In this document: positions 1-9,587 of the stretch, in pieces
Layout: each line of letters opens with the position of its first letter
Numbering within the stretch: position 1 is the first letter of the stretch
Origin: an uncultured Gemmatimonadales bacterium
Lineage (GTDB): Bacteria; Gemmatimonadota; Gemmatimonadetes; Longimicrobiales; Gaopeijiaceae
DNA: 64,000 nt
Assembly (NCBI GenBank): GCA_963809895.1
Contig: CAWELD010000003.1
Location: 2,528,001 to 2,592,000 of the forward strand
Direction of reading: 5' to 3'
Program-made: the position numbers and the translations under genes
Notes under the pieces: generated by a model
What the model saw: only the letters and a program-made list of their open reading frames with translations
What the model was told of the DNA's origin: nothing
Databases searched by the model: none

Positions 1-331
1 CGTGGTCCTGGATCTGCGCGCCGGCTCGCCCACCTTCGGACGCTGGGCCGCCGTGGAGATCTCCGAGGAACGGTGGAACCAGGTACTGGTGCCCCGTGGG
101 TTCGCCCACGCGTTCTGCACCCTGGAACCCGACACGCACGTTCTCTACAAGGTCACGGCGCCGTACGTGCCCGAGGCCGAGGGCGGAGTGCGCTGGGACG
201 ATCCGGACGTCGGCGTGGACTGGCCCCGGCGGCGCGGGCTCGTCATGTCCGATCGAGACCGGGCGCTGCCGCGTCTCCGGGAGTTCGACACACCTTTCGT
301 GTATCCGACGACCGAACAGGAGGGCCCGTGA
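1..331 (+). CDS. rfbC: dTDP-4-dehydrorhamnose 3,5-epimerase, 5'-truncated at window edge
   Basis: DLRAGSPTFGRW, VPRGFAHAFCTL, YKVT..Y and WDDPDVGVDWP are RmlC motifs; stop overlaps next start (GTGA). Confidence 0.93.
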   Translation, partial: VVLDLRAGSPTFGRWAAVEISEERWNQVLVPRGFAHAFCTLEPDTHVLYKVTAPYVPEAEGGVRWDDPDVGVDWPRRRGLVMSDRDRALPRLREFDTPFVYPTTEQEGP

Positions 332-1383
332 AGCTCCTCGTCACCGGTGGCGCCGGCTTCATCGGCTCCAACCTCGTCCGCTTCCTCCTGGAGGAAGACG
401 ACGCCGTGGAGGTCGTGAACCTCGACCTGCTCACCTACGCCGGGAATCCGGAGAACCTGGGACCGGTCATGGACGACCCCCGGCACCACTTCGTGCGAGG
501 CGACGTCTGCGACCCCGATCTGGTGCGGGACCTGATGCGCGACGTGGACGCCGTGCTCAACCTCGCGGCCGAAAGCCACGTCGACCGCTCGGTGACGTCG
601 GCGGCGCCCTTCGTGCGCACCAACGTGCTGGGCACGCAGACGCTGCTGGCGGCGGCGCTGGAGGCCGGCGTGCCGCGCTTCGTCCAGGTGTCCACCGACG
701 AGGTCTACGGGGAGCTGCCGTGGCACGATCCGGCGGAGCCCGATCCCGGCGCCCCCCGCTTCACCGAGACCACGCCGCTGTCACCGCGCTCGCCCTATTC
801 GGCGACCAAGGCCGCCGCCGATCTGCTGGCGCTGTCGTATCACACCACCCACGGCATGGACGTGGTCGTGACGCGCTGCTCCAACAACTTCGGCCCTTTT
901 CAGTTTCCGGAGAAACTGATCCCCCTGATGATCACGAACGCCATGGAGGGCCGCGCGCTACCGGTGTACGGGGACGGGCTGAACGTCCGCGACTGGATCC
1001 ACGTGCGCGATCATTGCCGCGGGCTGACGCTGGCGCTCACCCGGGGCGAAGCGGGTGGAATCTACAACTTCGGTGGCGACGCGGAGCGCACGAACCTGCA
1101 GGTGGTCCGGGCCATCATGGCCATCGTCGACGCGCCCGAGGAGCTGGTCCGATTCGTGGACGATCGCCCGGGCCACGACCGGCGCTACGCGGTGGACTCC
1201 ACCCGGGCCCACGAGGAGCTGGGCTGGGAGGCGGGCGTCGATTTCGAGGAGGGACTGCGGGCCACCGTGGACTGGTACCGGGAGCACACCGACTGGTGGC
1301 AGCGCGTGAAGACCGGGGAATACCGGAGCTACTACGACGGCATGTACGGAGCCGGCGGCCGCCACGCCGCTGAGCGCGCCTGA
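328..1383 (+). CDS. rfbB: dTDP-glucose 4,6-dehydratase
   Basis: GTG start at 328 after AGGAGG; LVTGGAGFIGSN, AAESHVDRS, STDEVYG, YSATK, DRPGHDRRY. Confidence 0.97.
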   Translation: MKLLVTGGAGFIGSNLVRFLLEEDDAVEVVNLDLLTYAGNPENLGPVMDDPRHHFVRGDVCDPDLVRDLMRDVDAVLNLAAESHVDRSVTSAAPFVRTNVLGTQTLLAAALEAGVPRFVQVSTDEVYGELPWHDPAEPDPGAPRFTETTPLSPRSPYSATKAAADLLALSYHTTHGMDVVVTRCSNNFGPFQFPEKLIPLMITNAMEGRALPVYGDGLNVRDWIHVRDHCRGLTLALTRGEAGGIYNFGGDAERTNLQVVRAIMAIVDAPEELVRFVDDRPGHDRRYAVDSTRAHEELGWEAGVDFEEGLRATVDWYREHTDWWQRVKTGEYRSYYDGMYGAGGRHAAERA

Positions 1384-1391
1384 GGGGCTCT

Positions 1392-2324
1392 CTATCCGGA
1401 TCCCACCCCGGATTCGGTCAGGATCAGCGACGCGGCGTCAGCGTCCAGAAGGGCCCGCGCGCCCAGCGGCAGCGTCCAGTTGTGCTCGACGTGGCCGAAG
1501 GGGAGGTCCACCACCGCCGGCACGCCCAGGCGCCTCGCCACCTCGTCGAGCACGCCCCGCACCGGATAGCGCGCGTCGTCGGGCGCGTCGGTGAAGCGCC
1601 CCAGCGCCAGGCCGGCGACGCCGGCCAGGACGCCCGCCCGCTCGAGCTGGAGCAGCATGCGATCCACCTTGTAGGCCGGCTCGCCCACGTCTTCCAGCGC
1701 CAGGATGGCCCCACGGGCCCCCAGCGACAGGGGCGTCCCGCACATGGCCGCCAGCATGGCCAGATTGCCACCGACCAGGGGCGCCTCCACGCGACCGGGA
1801 ACCAGCGTGGCCGGCTCCGGGTCCCCGGGACGCCTGGGCAGCGTGCCGGGCGCATCGGTCCGGAAGAGCACACGGCGAAAGGCCGCTTCCGTCTCGGGGG
1901 GGAAATCCCGGCCCGGATGCGGACCGTGGAACGAGACCACGCCCAGCCCGGCGTGACGCGCGTGCAGCGACGTGTTGTCGCTGAATCCGATGAAGGGGAT
2001 GGGGGCACGGCGCTGGCGACTGAGATCCAGGGACTCGACGATGCGCAGCGATCCGTACCCCCCGCGCAGCGCCCACACCGCGTCGATGGCCGGATCGTCG
2101 AAGGCGGCCTGGAGGTCGGCGAGACGCTGACCGTCGGTCCCGGCCAGGTAGCCGTGACGGGCGCCTGCCGACGGGAAGACGACGGGCTCAAGTCCCAGCG
2201 CCCGGCAGCGCGCCGTGGAGGCTTCGATGCGTTCGGCCTCCACGGGGCCGGCGGGCGCCACGAGCGCCACCCGGGCCCCCGGCCCCAGGGCCCGGGGTCG
2301 CATGGCGCCAGAAGGTTTCGTCAT
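1392..2324 (-). CDS. ldcA: LD-carboxypeptidase, peptidase S66 family
   Basis: VALVAPAG, RGGYG, GFSDNT (catalytic Ser), GGNL, LEDVGE, FGH; start ATG 2324 or 2303. Confidence 0.9.
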   Translation of the reverse strand: MTKPSGAMRPRALGPGARVALVAPAGPVEAERIEASTARCRALGLEPVVFPSAGARHGYLAGTDGQRLADLQAAFDDPAIDAVWALRGGYGSLRIVESLDLSRQRRAPIPFIGFSDNTSLHARHAGLGVVSFHGPHPGRDFPPETEAAFRRVLFRTDAPGTLPRRPGDPEPATLVPGRVEAPLVGGNLAMLAAMCGTPLSLGARGAILALEDVGEPAYKVDRMLLQLERAGVLAGVAGLALGRFTDAPDDARYPVRGVLDEVARRLGVPAVVDLPFGHVEHNWTLPLGARALLDADAASLILTESGVGSG

Positions 2325-2359
2325 GTTGGCATTATCGCCCGCCGCATCCGGCGGCGCGA

Positions 2360-4075
2360 GTGAGCCCATCCGGAGTCGACACAGGTCGCCCATGTCTCCG
2401 AGCCCGCACCTTTCCCTGGCCCGATGCCTGGCCGTTTCGTCCCTCGCCCGCCCCTGCCCCGACGTACCGCGCGGTGGTGGCGAGCACCGACGCATACGCG
2501 AGCCGGGTCGGTGTGGACGTGCTGGCGGCCGGTGGCAACGCGGTGGACGCCGCCGTGGCCGTCTCCTTCGCCCTCGCGGTGGTGAACCCCGAAGCGGGCA
2601 ACGTCGGAGGGAGCGGCTTCCTGGTGGTGCGTACGCCAGGAGGCGAGATCGCGGCGCTGGACTACCGGGGCACGGCACCTGCCGCGGCGACGAAGGACAT
2701 GTACCTGGACGCCGAAGGAGAGCTCACCGAAGCCGCCCAGGTGGGACCGCTGGCCGCCGCCGTGCCCGGATCGGTGCGAGGGCTCTGGGACGCGCACCGC
2801 CGCTTCGGCCGCCGGCCGTGGAGCTCGCTGGTGGAGCCCGCCGTCGGCCTGGCGCGGGGCTTCGAGGTGCGGGACCGCCTCACCCGCTCCTTCCCACCCC
2901 ATATCGTCGCCGGGCTCGGCCGTTTTCCCGAGAGCCGGCGCATCTTCCTGCCCGGCGGCGTCCCTCCCCGCCGGGGAGACGTCTTCCGTCAGCCGGACCT
3001 GGCCCGCACGCTGGAGCGCATCCGCGACCAGGGGCCGGACGGCTTCTACCGGGGCGAGACCGCCGACGCCATCGCCGCCGAGATGGAGCGGGGGGGCGGA
3101 ATCATCACCCGGGACGACCTGAGGGCATACCGCCCCCGGTGGCGGGAGCCGGTGCGCGTCCGCTACCGCGATCACGTCCTGGCCTCCATGCCCCTGTCCT
3201 CGTCCGGGGGCGTGACGTTGGCGCTCATCTGCAACCTCCTGGCCGACAGCGCCCCCGGGGCCCTGCCCTGGCACGGCGTCGGACACGTGCACCTGCTGGC
3301 CGAGGTCTGGCGGCGCGCCTTCGCCGATCGCAACCACTACCTCGCCGACTCCGACTTCGCGGACATCCCCCTGGAGACGCTGCTGTCGGTCGACTACGGT
3401 CGCTGGCGGGCCCGCGACATCCGCCCCGAGGCCGCCACGCCATCGGCCGAAGTCGCTCCCGGCGTCGCCGCCTTCGAGCGGCACCGGGCGCGGCACACCA
3501 CCCACGTGTCCGTCGTGGACGCAGAAGGGATGGCCGTCTCGCTCACCACCACGCTGAACACCTGGTACGGCAGCAAGACGGTGGTCCCGGGCACCGGCGT
3601 CCTCCTCAACAACGAGATGGACGATTTCACGGCCAGACCCGGCACCCCGAACCACTTCGGGCTCGTCCAGGGTGAGGCCAACGCCATCGAGCCGGGCAAG
3701 CGCATGCTGTCGGCCATGACCCCCACCCTGGTCCTGGATCCGGACGGGGAGCTGCGCATGGTAGTGGGCACGCCGGGCGGCTCCACCATCATCACCACCG
3801 TCTTCCAGGTGGTCTCCAACGTCGTGGACCACGGCATGACGCTCCGCGACGCGGTATTCGCGCCCAGGGTGCACCATCAGCACCTCCCGGACCTGCTCCA
3901 CGTCGAGCCCGGGGGCCTCGCTCCCGAGGTGTTGCACGGGCTGCGCGGGCTGGGTCACCGGGTGCTGGAGCGGAGCGAGCACTCCGGCGACGTGCAGGCG
4001 ATCCTGGTGGAGCCCGGAGGCGGGCTGACCGGGGTGGCGGACCCGCGCCGCGGCGGTGTGGCCCTCGGTCTGTGA
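2360..4075 (+). CDS. ggt: gamma-glutamyltransferase (start uncertain)
   Basis: GGNAVDAAVA, HTTHVSVVD (nucleophile Thr), LNNEMDDF, SAMTPT, GTPGGSTI, ADPRRGG. Confidence 0.93.
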   Translation: MSPSGVDTGRPCLRARTFPWPDAWPFRPSPAPAPTYRAVVASTDAYASRVGVDVLAAGGNAVDAAVAVSFALAVVNPEAGNVGGSGFLVVRTPGGEIAALDYRGTAPAAATKDMYLDAEGELTEAAQVGPLAAAVPGSVRGLWDAHRRFGRRPWSSLVEPAVGLARGFEVRDRLTRSFPPHIVAGLGRFPESRRIFLPGGVPPRRGDVFRQPDLARTLERIRDQGPDGFYRGETADAIAAEMERGGGIITRDDLRAYRPRWREPVRVRYRDHVLASMPLSSSGGVTLALICNLLADSAPGALPWHGVGHVHLLAEVWRRAFADRNHYLADSDFADIPLETLLSVDYGRWRARDIRPEAATPSAEVAPGVAAFERHRARHTTHVSVVDAEGMAVSLTTTLNTWYGSKTVVPGTGVLLNNEMDDFTARPGTPNHFGLVQGEANAIEPGKRMLSAMTPTLVLDPDGELRMVVGTPGGSTIITTVFQVVSNVVDHGMTLRDAVFAPRVHHQHLPDLLHVEPGGLAPEVLHGLRGLGHRVLERSEHSGDVQAILVEPGGGLTGVADPRRGGVALGL

Positions 4076-4076
4076 G

Positions 4077-4874
4077 CTACTTCCTGCGGTGGTGCAGCGT
4101 CACCGGCTCACTCACCCGCTTGCGCTCCCACCAGTTCTGATAGAGGTCGACGCTGAACATGAGCAGCAGCATGAAGACGACGATCCACTGGGGGATGTAG
4201 GGGAAGGCCGAGCCGTTGACCTCGAGCTCGGCCGTGTGCCCTCCCTCCAGGAAGAGCACGAAACCGATGAGCAGGAGCACGAAGAGGCCCAGGATCTCGA
4301 ACTCGGGGTTGGAGGTGAGAAAGCGGGCCAGCGGCGCCGCGAAGATCATCATGACCACCACCGACACCACCACCGATCCCGCCATGACGAAGAGATGATC
4401 CGTCATCCCCACCACCGTCAGGATCGAATCCACCGAGAAGAGCAGGTTCATGCCCACGATGAGCGTCACGACATCGCGGAAGCGCGCCGCGGCCTCGACC
4501 TCCGAGTCCACGCCCTTGAGCTTCACGCGCAGATCGTGCACTGCTTTCCACAGGAGGAAGATGCCGCCGCCCCACAGCACCAGCGCCTTGCCGTTCACGT
4601 CGCCCGACAGGTCGATGCCCGCGACGTTCAGGTCGAAGTCCACGAGGCTTTGGGTGGCGATGCGGAGGATGAGGCTCACCACCGCCAGGAGCGCGATTCG
4701 GAAGAGCATGGCCAGCACCAGACCCCAGCGCACCGCCCTGGTGCGGTCGTGTTGCGGGAGTTTCTGGGCGATGATGGTGATGATGATGAGATTGTCGGCG
4801 CCGAGGGCGACCTGGATCAGCGTGACGCCGAAGAGGCTCGCCCAGACGGCGGGGCTCAGGAGGATGTCGAACAT
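4077..4874 (-). CDS. TerC family integral membrane protein
   Basis: ALGADNLIII, FSVDSILTVVG and multiple TM segments typical of TerC. Confidence 0.85.
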   Translation of the reverse strand: MFDILLSPAVWASLFGVTLIQVALGADNLIIITIIAQKLPQHDRTRAVRWGLVLAMLFRIALLAVVSLILRIATQSLVDFDLNVAGIDLSGDVNGKALVLWGGGIFLLWKAVHDLRVKLKGVDSEVEAAARFRDVVTLIVGMNLLFSVDSILTVVGMTDHLFVMAGSVVVSVVVMMIFAAPLARFLTSNPEFEILGLFVLLLIGFVLFLEGGHTAELEVNGSAFPYIPQWIVVFMLLLMFSVDLYQNWWERKRVSEPVTLHHRRK

Positions 4875-4966
4875 GGGCGGCGAGGAGCGGCGATGAGCAG
4901 GCGCGGGTGCGAGAGCCCGCGGCGGTTCCGGAAGATGGCGAGGATGCCCCGGTGAGGCACGGGGGC

Positions 4967-5686
4967 TCAGCGCCCGGGCTCGGTGCCGAGCGCGGCGCGT
5001 GTGTCCGAGTCCACCCGTCCATCCACCATGTGGATCACCCGGTCGCAGCGCTCTGCCACGTGCTGCTCGTGGGTGACGATGAGAAACGCCGTGCCGCGAC
5101 GCTCGTTGAACGAGCGCATGAGCTTCAGAACCCGCTCCCCGGCCTGGGTATCCAGGTTTCCCGTGGGCTCGTCGGCGAGGATCAGCAGCGGCTCCATCAC
5201 CAGGGCGCGCGCCACCGCAACCCGCTGCTGCTCTCCACCGGACAGGTCCGTGACCCTGTACCCGACACGGTCCGACAGGCCGACCTCGCCGAGAAGCTCC
5301 TGGGCCCGGTCGCGCATCCAGGATTCTCGCCGGCCGCGCCGGGCGAGGAGCGGCATCATGACGTTCTCGGTGGCGGTGAACGCCGACAGGAGGTGATGGA
5401 ACTGGAAGACGAATCCCAGCGACGTGGCCCGCAGCGCGGTGCGCGCCTCGTCGTCGAGGAGACCCACGTCGCGCCCCTGAAAGAGGATGCGGCCGCCGCT
5501 GGGACGGTCCAGGAGCCCCACCAGATTGAGGAGTGTGGTCTTCCCGGACCCTGACGGTCCCGTGAGTGCGCAGAATTCCCCCGCTTCGAGCTCCAGATCG
5601 ATCCCCCGGAGGACCAGGGTGCGGACCCGGTCTCCGTACGTCTTCGTGAGAGCTTCGGTGCGGAGCAGCGCCGGTCCGTCAGCCAT
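4967..5686 (-). CDS. ABC transporter ATP-binding protein, LolD/MacB-like
   Basis: Walker A GPSGSGKT, LSGGEQQRVAVARAL, LADEPTGNLD, VTHE. Confidence 0.95.
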   Translation of the reverse strand: MADGPALLRTEALTKTYGDRVRTLVLRGIDLELEAGEFCALTGPSGSGKTTLLNLVGLLDRPSGGRILFQGRDVGLLDDEARTALRATSLGFVFQFHHLLSAFTATENVMMPLLARRGRRESWMRDRAQELLGEVGLSDRVGYRVTDLSGGEQQRVAVARALVMEPLLILADEPTGNLDTQAGERVLKLMRSFNERRGTAFLIVTHEQHVAERCDRVIHMVDGRVDSDTRAALGTEPGR

Positions 5687-6896
5687 TCCGGATCACGCTG
5701 GCGGGGTCCATGTGTGCGGCCCGCCGTGCCGGAAGCAGGGCCGCCAGAAGCCCCACGAACAGCGCCACGGCCGAGGAGCGCACGAACAGGACCACGTTCA
5801 GATCCACGGGAAACCTCGGCGATCCGTCCGGGTTCGTCGCCAGACTCGCGAAGAAGAGGGCCAGGATGGAGCCGATGGCGATCCCGACCAGGGAGCCGGC
5901 AGCCCCCAGAATCGCTCCCTGGAAGAGAAAGATGCGGGTCACCGAGCGGGTACGCGTCCCCGTGGCCTTGAGAATTCCGATCTCCCGGGACTTCTGGACG
6001 ACCGAAACCGCGAGAACGCTGGCGATGCCCAGCGCCACCGCCAGGATCACGAATACCTGAATCATGATGCTGGACTGGTTCTGTGACCGGAGACCCACCA
6101 GCAGGTCACCGTTGCGCGTCATCCAGCTGTCCGCATCCAGACCGGTGCGGTCCCGGATGCGTGCCGCCAGGGCCTCGGCCTGGAAGATCCGGGTGCCCTT
6201 CACCTCCAGCGTGGAGACCCCTCCCTCCAGATCGAACATGGTCTGGGCCCCGCGCAGCGAAACGAAGACCCATCGCTCGTTGAGATCCTTGCTGCCCAGG
6301 TCGAAGATGCCGGCCACCGTGTAGACACCGCCCCGCTCTCCGGCCGCTTCGAGGCGCACTCGACCACCCACGACCAGTCCCAGCTCCCGCGCCAGCTCCA
6401 TGCCCACCACGGCCTTGAAGCCGGTGAGGTCGAAGGTGCCCTCGACGACGCGTCCCCGCAGGTCCACGATGGGCTCGTAGCTCTCGATGTCGACGCCCCG
6501 CACCGTCACCGAGGTGGAGCCGGGCCCCCGGACCGCCATGGCGGGCCCTGCCACCGTGGGCGCCACCGCGATGACATCGGGCGTGCGGCGCAGGAGACCC
6601 GCGACGCGCTGCCACTCCACGATGGAGCGCACGCGCTGAGGTGGCCGTTGAACCACCGTGGACTGCAGCGCCTCATCGGACCGCTCCAGGACCCGTGGCA
6701 TCTCCTCGGGAGCGCGCACGACCACGTGGGCCTGACTGCCGAGGGTCCGGTCGATCAGGCTCTGCTGAAGACCGTTGATCAGGGCCGACAGGAAGATGAT
6801 GACGCCGACGCCGACGCCCACCCCGGCCAGGATGAGCCAGGTCTGGAGTCGGCCGTCCCTCAGATAGCGAAGGGCGACGAAGAGCTCGAAGGGCAC
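5679..6896 (-). CDS. ABC transporter permease, FtsX/MacB/LolE family
   Basis: N-terminal TM, periplasmic domain, KSREIGILKATG and PARRAAHMDPA. Confidence 0.92.
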   Translation of the reverse strand: MPFELFVALRYLRDGRLQTWLILAGVGVGVGVIIFLSALINGLQQSLIDRTLGSQAHVVVRAPEEMPRVLERSDEALQSTVVQRPPQRVRSIVEWQRVAGLLRRTPDVIAVAPTVAGPAMAVRGPGSTSVTVRGVDIESYEPIVDLRGRVVEGTFDLTGFKAVVGMELARELGLVVGGRVRLEAAGERGGVYTVAGIFDLGSKDLNERWVFVSLRGAQTMFDLEGGVSTLEVKGTRIFQAEALAARIRDRTGLDADSWMTRNGDLLVGLRSQNQSSIMIQVFVILAVALGIASVLAVSVVQKSREIGILKATGTRTRSVTRIFLFQGAILGAAGSLVGIAIGSILALFFASLATNPDGSPRFPVDLNVVLFVRSSAVALFVGLLAALLPARRAAHMDPASVIRNG

Positions 6897-6897
6897 G

Positions 6898-8100
6898 TCA
6901 CTCCTCCTGAGGCCGACGCACCCGGACGCGCTCGCCCAGACCGGGAGAGTCCTCCGGAGGCACCACCAGGTCTCCTCCGTCGAGACCGGACACGATCTCG
7001 ACCCAGCGCTCCGCTCTGAGCCCGATCGCCACCGGCCGGCGCGCCAGTCTGCCGTCGCGCGCGACCGCCACCCAGGGCGAGTCGGTTCCCAACCCGCGCA
7101 CGGCGGCCTCGGGGAGGACCGTGGCCCCCGTGCTGCGACCCGCCTCGATGTTCACCGAGACGGTCATCTCCGGACGCAGATAGGCCGGCGGATCGCCGAC
7201 GGAGAGGCGGACCTCCACGGTGCCCTGGGCCGGATCCACCGATGGTGCGATCAGCGAGACGTGGGCGATGAAGGTCGAGTCGGGGTACGCGTCGGCGGAC
7301 GCCGTGGCGGTGGCCCCCGCGCGCAACTGGCCCAGATTCTCCTCCGAAGGAAAGACCACGAGCTCGGTGGGACCGTCCAGCGCGAGGTCGAGGAGGGCGG
7401 AGCCGGGCTGGACCGCCTGGCCCGGTTCGACGTCGCGGGTCAGGACCACGCCGGCGGCGGGAGCTCCTACGCGGGTCAGCGCCAGACGCGCTCGGGCGGC
7501 ATCGAGTCCTGCGCGCGCCCGCTCCACCGTCGCGTTGCCTCCGGGCTCGGTACGCGCCTGCGCCGCCTGCAGGCGGCTGCGGGCATCGGCGGCCCTCTGC
7601 TCGGCCTGCTCCAGGCGCTGCTGCGTCAGACCGCCGGCGGCCACCACCGCCCGGATTCTCGCCAGATCCCGCTCGGCCTGCCGGACCTCGTTGTCGGCCT
7701 GCTCGACGGCGGCACGGGTCTGGGCGATGGCCTCGGCCAGAGCCGCCTCGGCCTGGGCGACACCGGCGCGCGCCTCCCGGTCATCCAGGGTCACCAGGAG
7801 CTCGCCCGCCTCCACGCGGTCTCCCTCCCGGACCAGCACGCGCCGCACCGTACCCGCAATGGAGGCGCCCACCCCCGCCCTGGAGGGCGGCCGCACGCGC
7901 CCCACCAGAACGAGCGTGCGCACCACGTCGCGCGTCTCCGGAGCGACACCCGTGACCGTGGCCGGAAGCGCGACCCTGAAGGCCAACGCCACCACGACCA
8001 GGCCGAGGCCGAGGCCGAGCAGCCATCCCACGGGATGGCGCCTGAATGTCGAGCGACGGCCGGGGGTCTGCTGGCTCGCTTCGGACTCGGCCCTATCCAT
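6898..8100 (-). CDS. efflux periplasmic adaptor subunit (MacA/HlyD family)
   Basis: N-terminal TM, lipoyl-like VREGDRVEAGELL, coiled coil, EIVSGLDGGDLVV. Confidence 0.9.
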   Translation of the reverse strand: MDRAESEASQQTPGRRSTFRRHPVGWLLGLGLGLVVVALAFRVALPATVTGVAPETRDVVRTLVLVGRVRPPSRAGVGASIAGTVRRVLVREGDRVEAGELLVTLDDREARAGVAQAEAALAEAIAQTRAAVEQADNEVRQAERDLARIRAVVAAGGLTQQRLEQAEQRAADARSRLQAAQARTEPGGNATVERARAGLDAARARLALTRVGAPAAGVVLTRDVEPGQAVQPGSALLDLALDGPTELVVFPSEENLGQLRAGATATASADAYPDSTFIAHVSLIAPSVDPAQGTVEVRLSVGDPPAYLRPEMTVSVNIEAGRSTGATVLPEAAVRGLGTDSPWVAVARDGRLARRPVAIGLRAERWVEIVSGLDGGDLVVPPEDSPGLGERVRVRRPQEE

Positions 8101-9496
8101 CCAACGCCTCCAGCAGGCGGTCGTGAATCCCCCCGAAGCCCCCGTTGGACATGATCAGCACCACGTCGCCCTCCCGCGCCGCCGCCGCCACGTCGCTGAC
8201 GATGCGTCCGACGTCCGGGATGTAGTCGGCCTCGGCCCCGGCGGCGCGTACCTCCGCCACCAGCGCCTCGGGATCCATGCCCGTGTCGTCGTCGTAGCGC
8301 TCCGGGTGGAAGAGCCCGGCCAGGATCACGCGGTCGGCGGTGGCCAGCGCGTCGCGAAAGGGGTCCTGGGATTCCCGGCGCTGGGCGGTGTAGCTCCTGG
8401 GCTCGAAGATCGCCACCACACGCCGACCCGGATACCGCTTCCGCACGGCGTCGACCGTCTCCCGCACCGCCGTGGGATGGTGGGCGAAATCATCGATGAC
8501 GGTGACGCCCCGGACCTCTCCCCGGACCTCCATGCGACGTCGCACACTGCGAAAACTCCGGAGCCCCTCACGTAGCGCCTCGGCGGGCGCACCGGCGGCT
8601 CGCGCCGCCGCCATGGCTGCCAGAGCGTTGCGCACGTTGAAGGTGCCGCCGAGCGGAGACTCGAAGCGGCCCAGGCGCTCACGGTCGTGCCAGAGGGTGA
8701 ACGTGGTGCCGGCAGGTCCCTGCTCCACGTCGGCGGCCCACCAACCGGCGCGATCGGCGGAGTCGTCGGCCAGCCCGAAGGGATGCACCGGCGCGAAGGA
8801 GAGTGCCCCCAGGTCGCGCGCCGCGTCTCCGTCCGAGCCCAGCACCAGCGTCCCGGACCCCGGCACCAGGTTCACGAAGCGTTCGAAGGCGAACCGGTAG
8901 GCGATCTCGTCGCGGAAGATGTCGGCGTGGTCGAATTCCACGTTGGTCACCACCGCCGTGGTGGGCAGGTAGTGCCACATCTTGGGTCCCTTGTCGAAGT
9001 ACGCCGTGTCGTACTCGTCGGCTTCGATGACGAAGAGCTCCGAGTCCGTGAGGCGGAACGACGCGCCGAAGTTCTCTGCCACGCCCCCGATCAGGAACGA
9101 CGGCTCGAGCCCCGCACACTCCAGGATCCAGGCGAGCATCGAGGCCGTCGTCGTCTTGCCGTGGGTACCTGCCACGGCAAGCACGTGCCTGCCCCACAGG
9201 AGCTCGTCACGGATGGTGGCGGCGGCGGAGACGTAGCGCAGGCGGCGGTCGAGCACGGCTTCGAGCTCCGGGTTTCCCCGGCTGATGGCGTTCCCCACCA
9301 CAACCCGATCCGGCGCCGGGTCCAGGTTCACCGGATCGAAGGAATGCGCGTAGGCGATCCCGAGCTCGTCCAGCATGGTCGACATGGGCGGATACACACC
9401 CTCGTCCGAGCCCGTGACCCGGTGTCCCTTCGCCTTGAGGAGGCCCGCCAGCGAGCCCATGGCCGTGCCGGCGATTCCGATGAGGTGGTAGTGCAT
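8093..9496 (-). CDS. mpl: UDP-N-acetylmuramate:tripeptide ligase (murein peptide ligase)
   Basis: HLIGIAGTAMG, YPPMST, AGTHGKTTT, EADEYDTAYFDK, DDFAHHPT, MSNGGFGGIH. Confidence 0.93.
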   Translation of the reverse strand: MHYHLIGIAGTAMGSLAGLLKAKGHRVTGSDEGVYPPMSTMLDELGIAYAHSFDPVNLDPAPDRVVVGNAISRGNPELEAVLDRRLRYVSAAATIRDELLWGRHVLAVAGTHGKTTTASMLAWILECAGLEPSFLIGGVAENFGASFRLTDSELFVIEADEYDTAYFDKGPKMWHYLPTTAVVTNVEFDHADIFRDEIAYRFAFERFVNLVPGSGTLVLGSDGDAARDLGALSFAPVHPFGLADDSADRAGWWAADVEQGPAGTTFTLWHDRERLGRFESPLGGTFNVRNALAAMAAARAAGAPAEALREGLRSFRSVRRRMEVRGEVRGVTVIDDFAHHPTAVRETVDAVRKRYPGRRVVAIFEPRSYTAQRRESQDPFRDALATADRVILAGLFHPERYDDDTGMDPEALVAEVRAAGAEADYIPDVGRIVSDVAAAAREGDVVLIMSNGGFGGIHDRLLEALDG

Positions 9497-9587
9497 GGGT
9501 CGAGTATAACGGGCGGCGCCGCGCGAGAAACCCCGACCGTCCGCATCCCGTAGGCTCCTGCGGATGTCACCCACAAAGGAAGCCTCC

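Noticed and set aside
4875..4966. yybP-ykoY manganese riboswitch upstream of the TerC gene
   Set aside because: The short intergenic region lacks the conserved motifs I would expect
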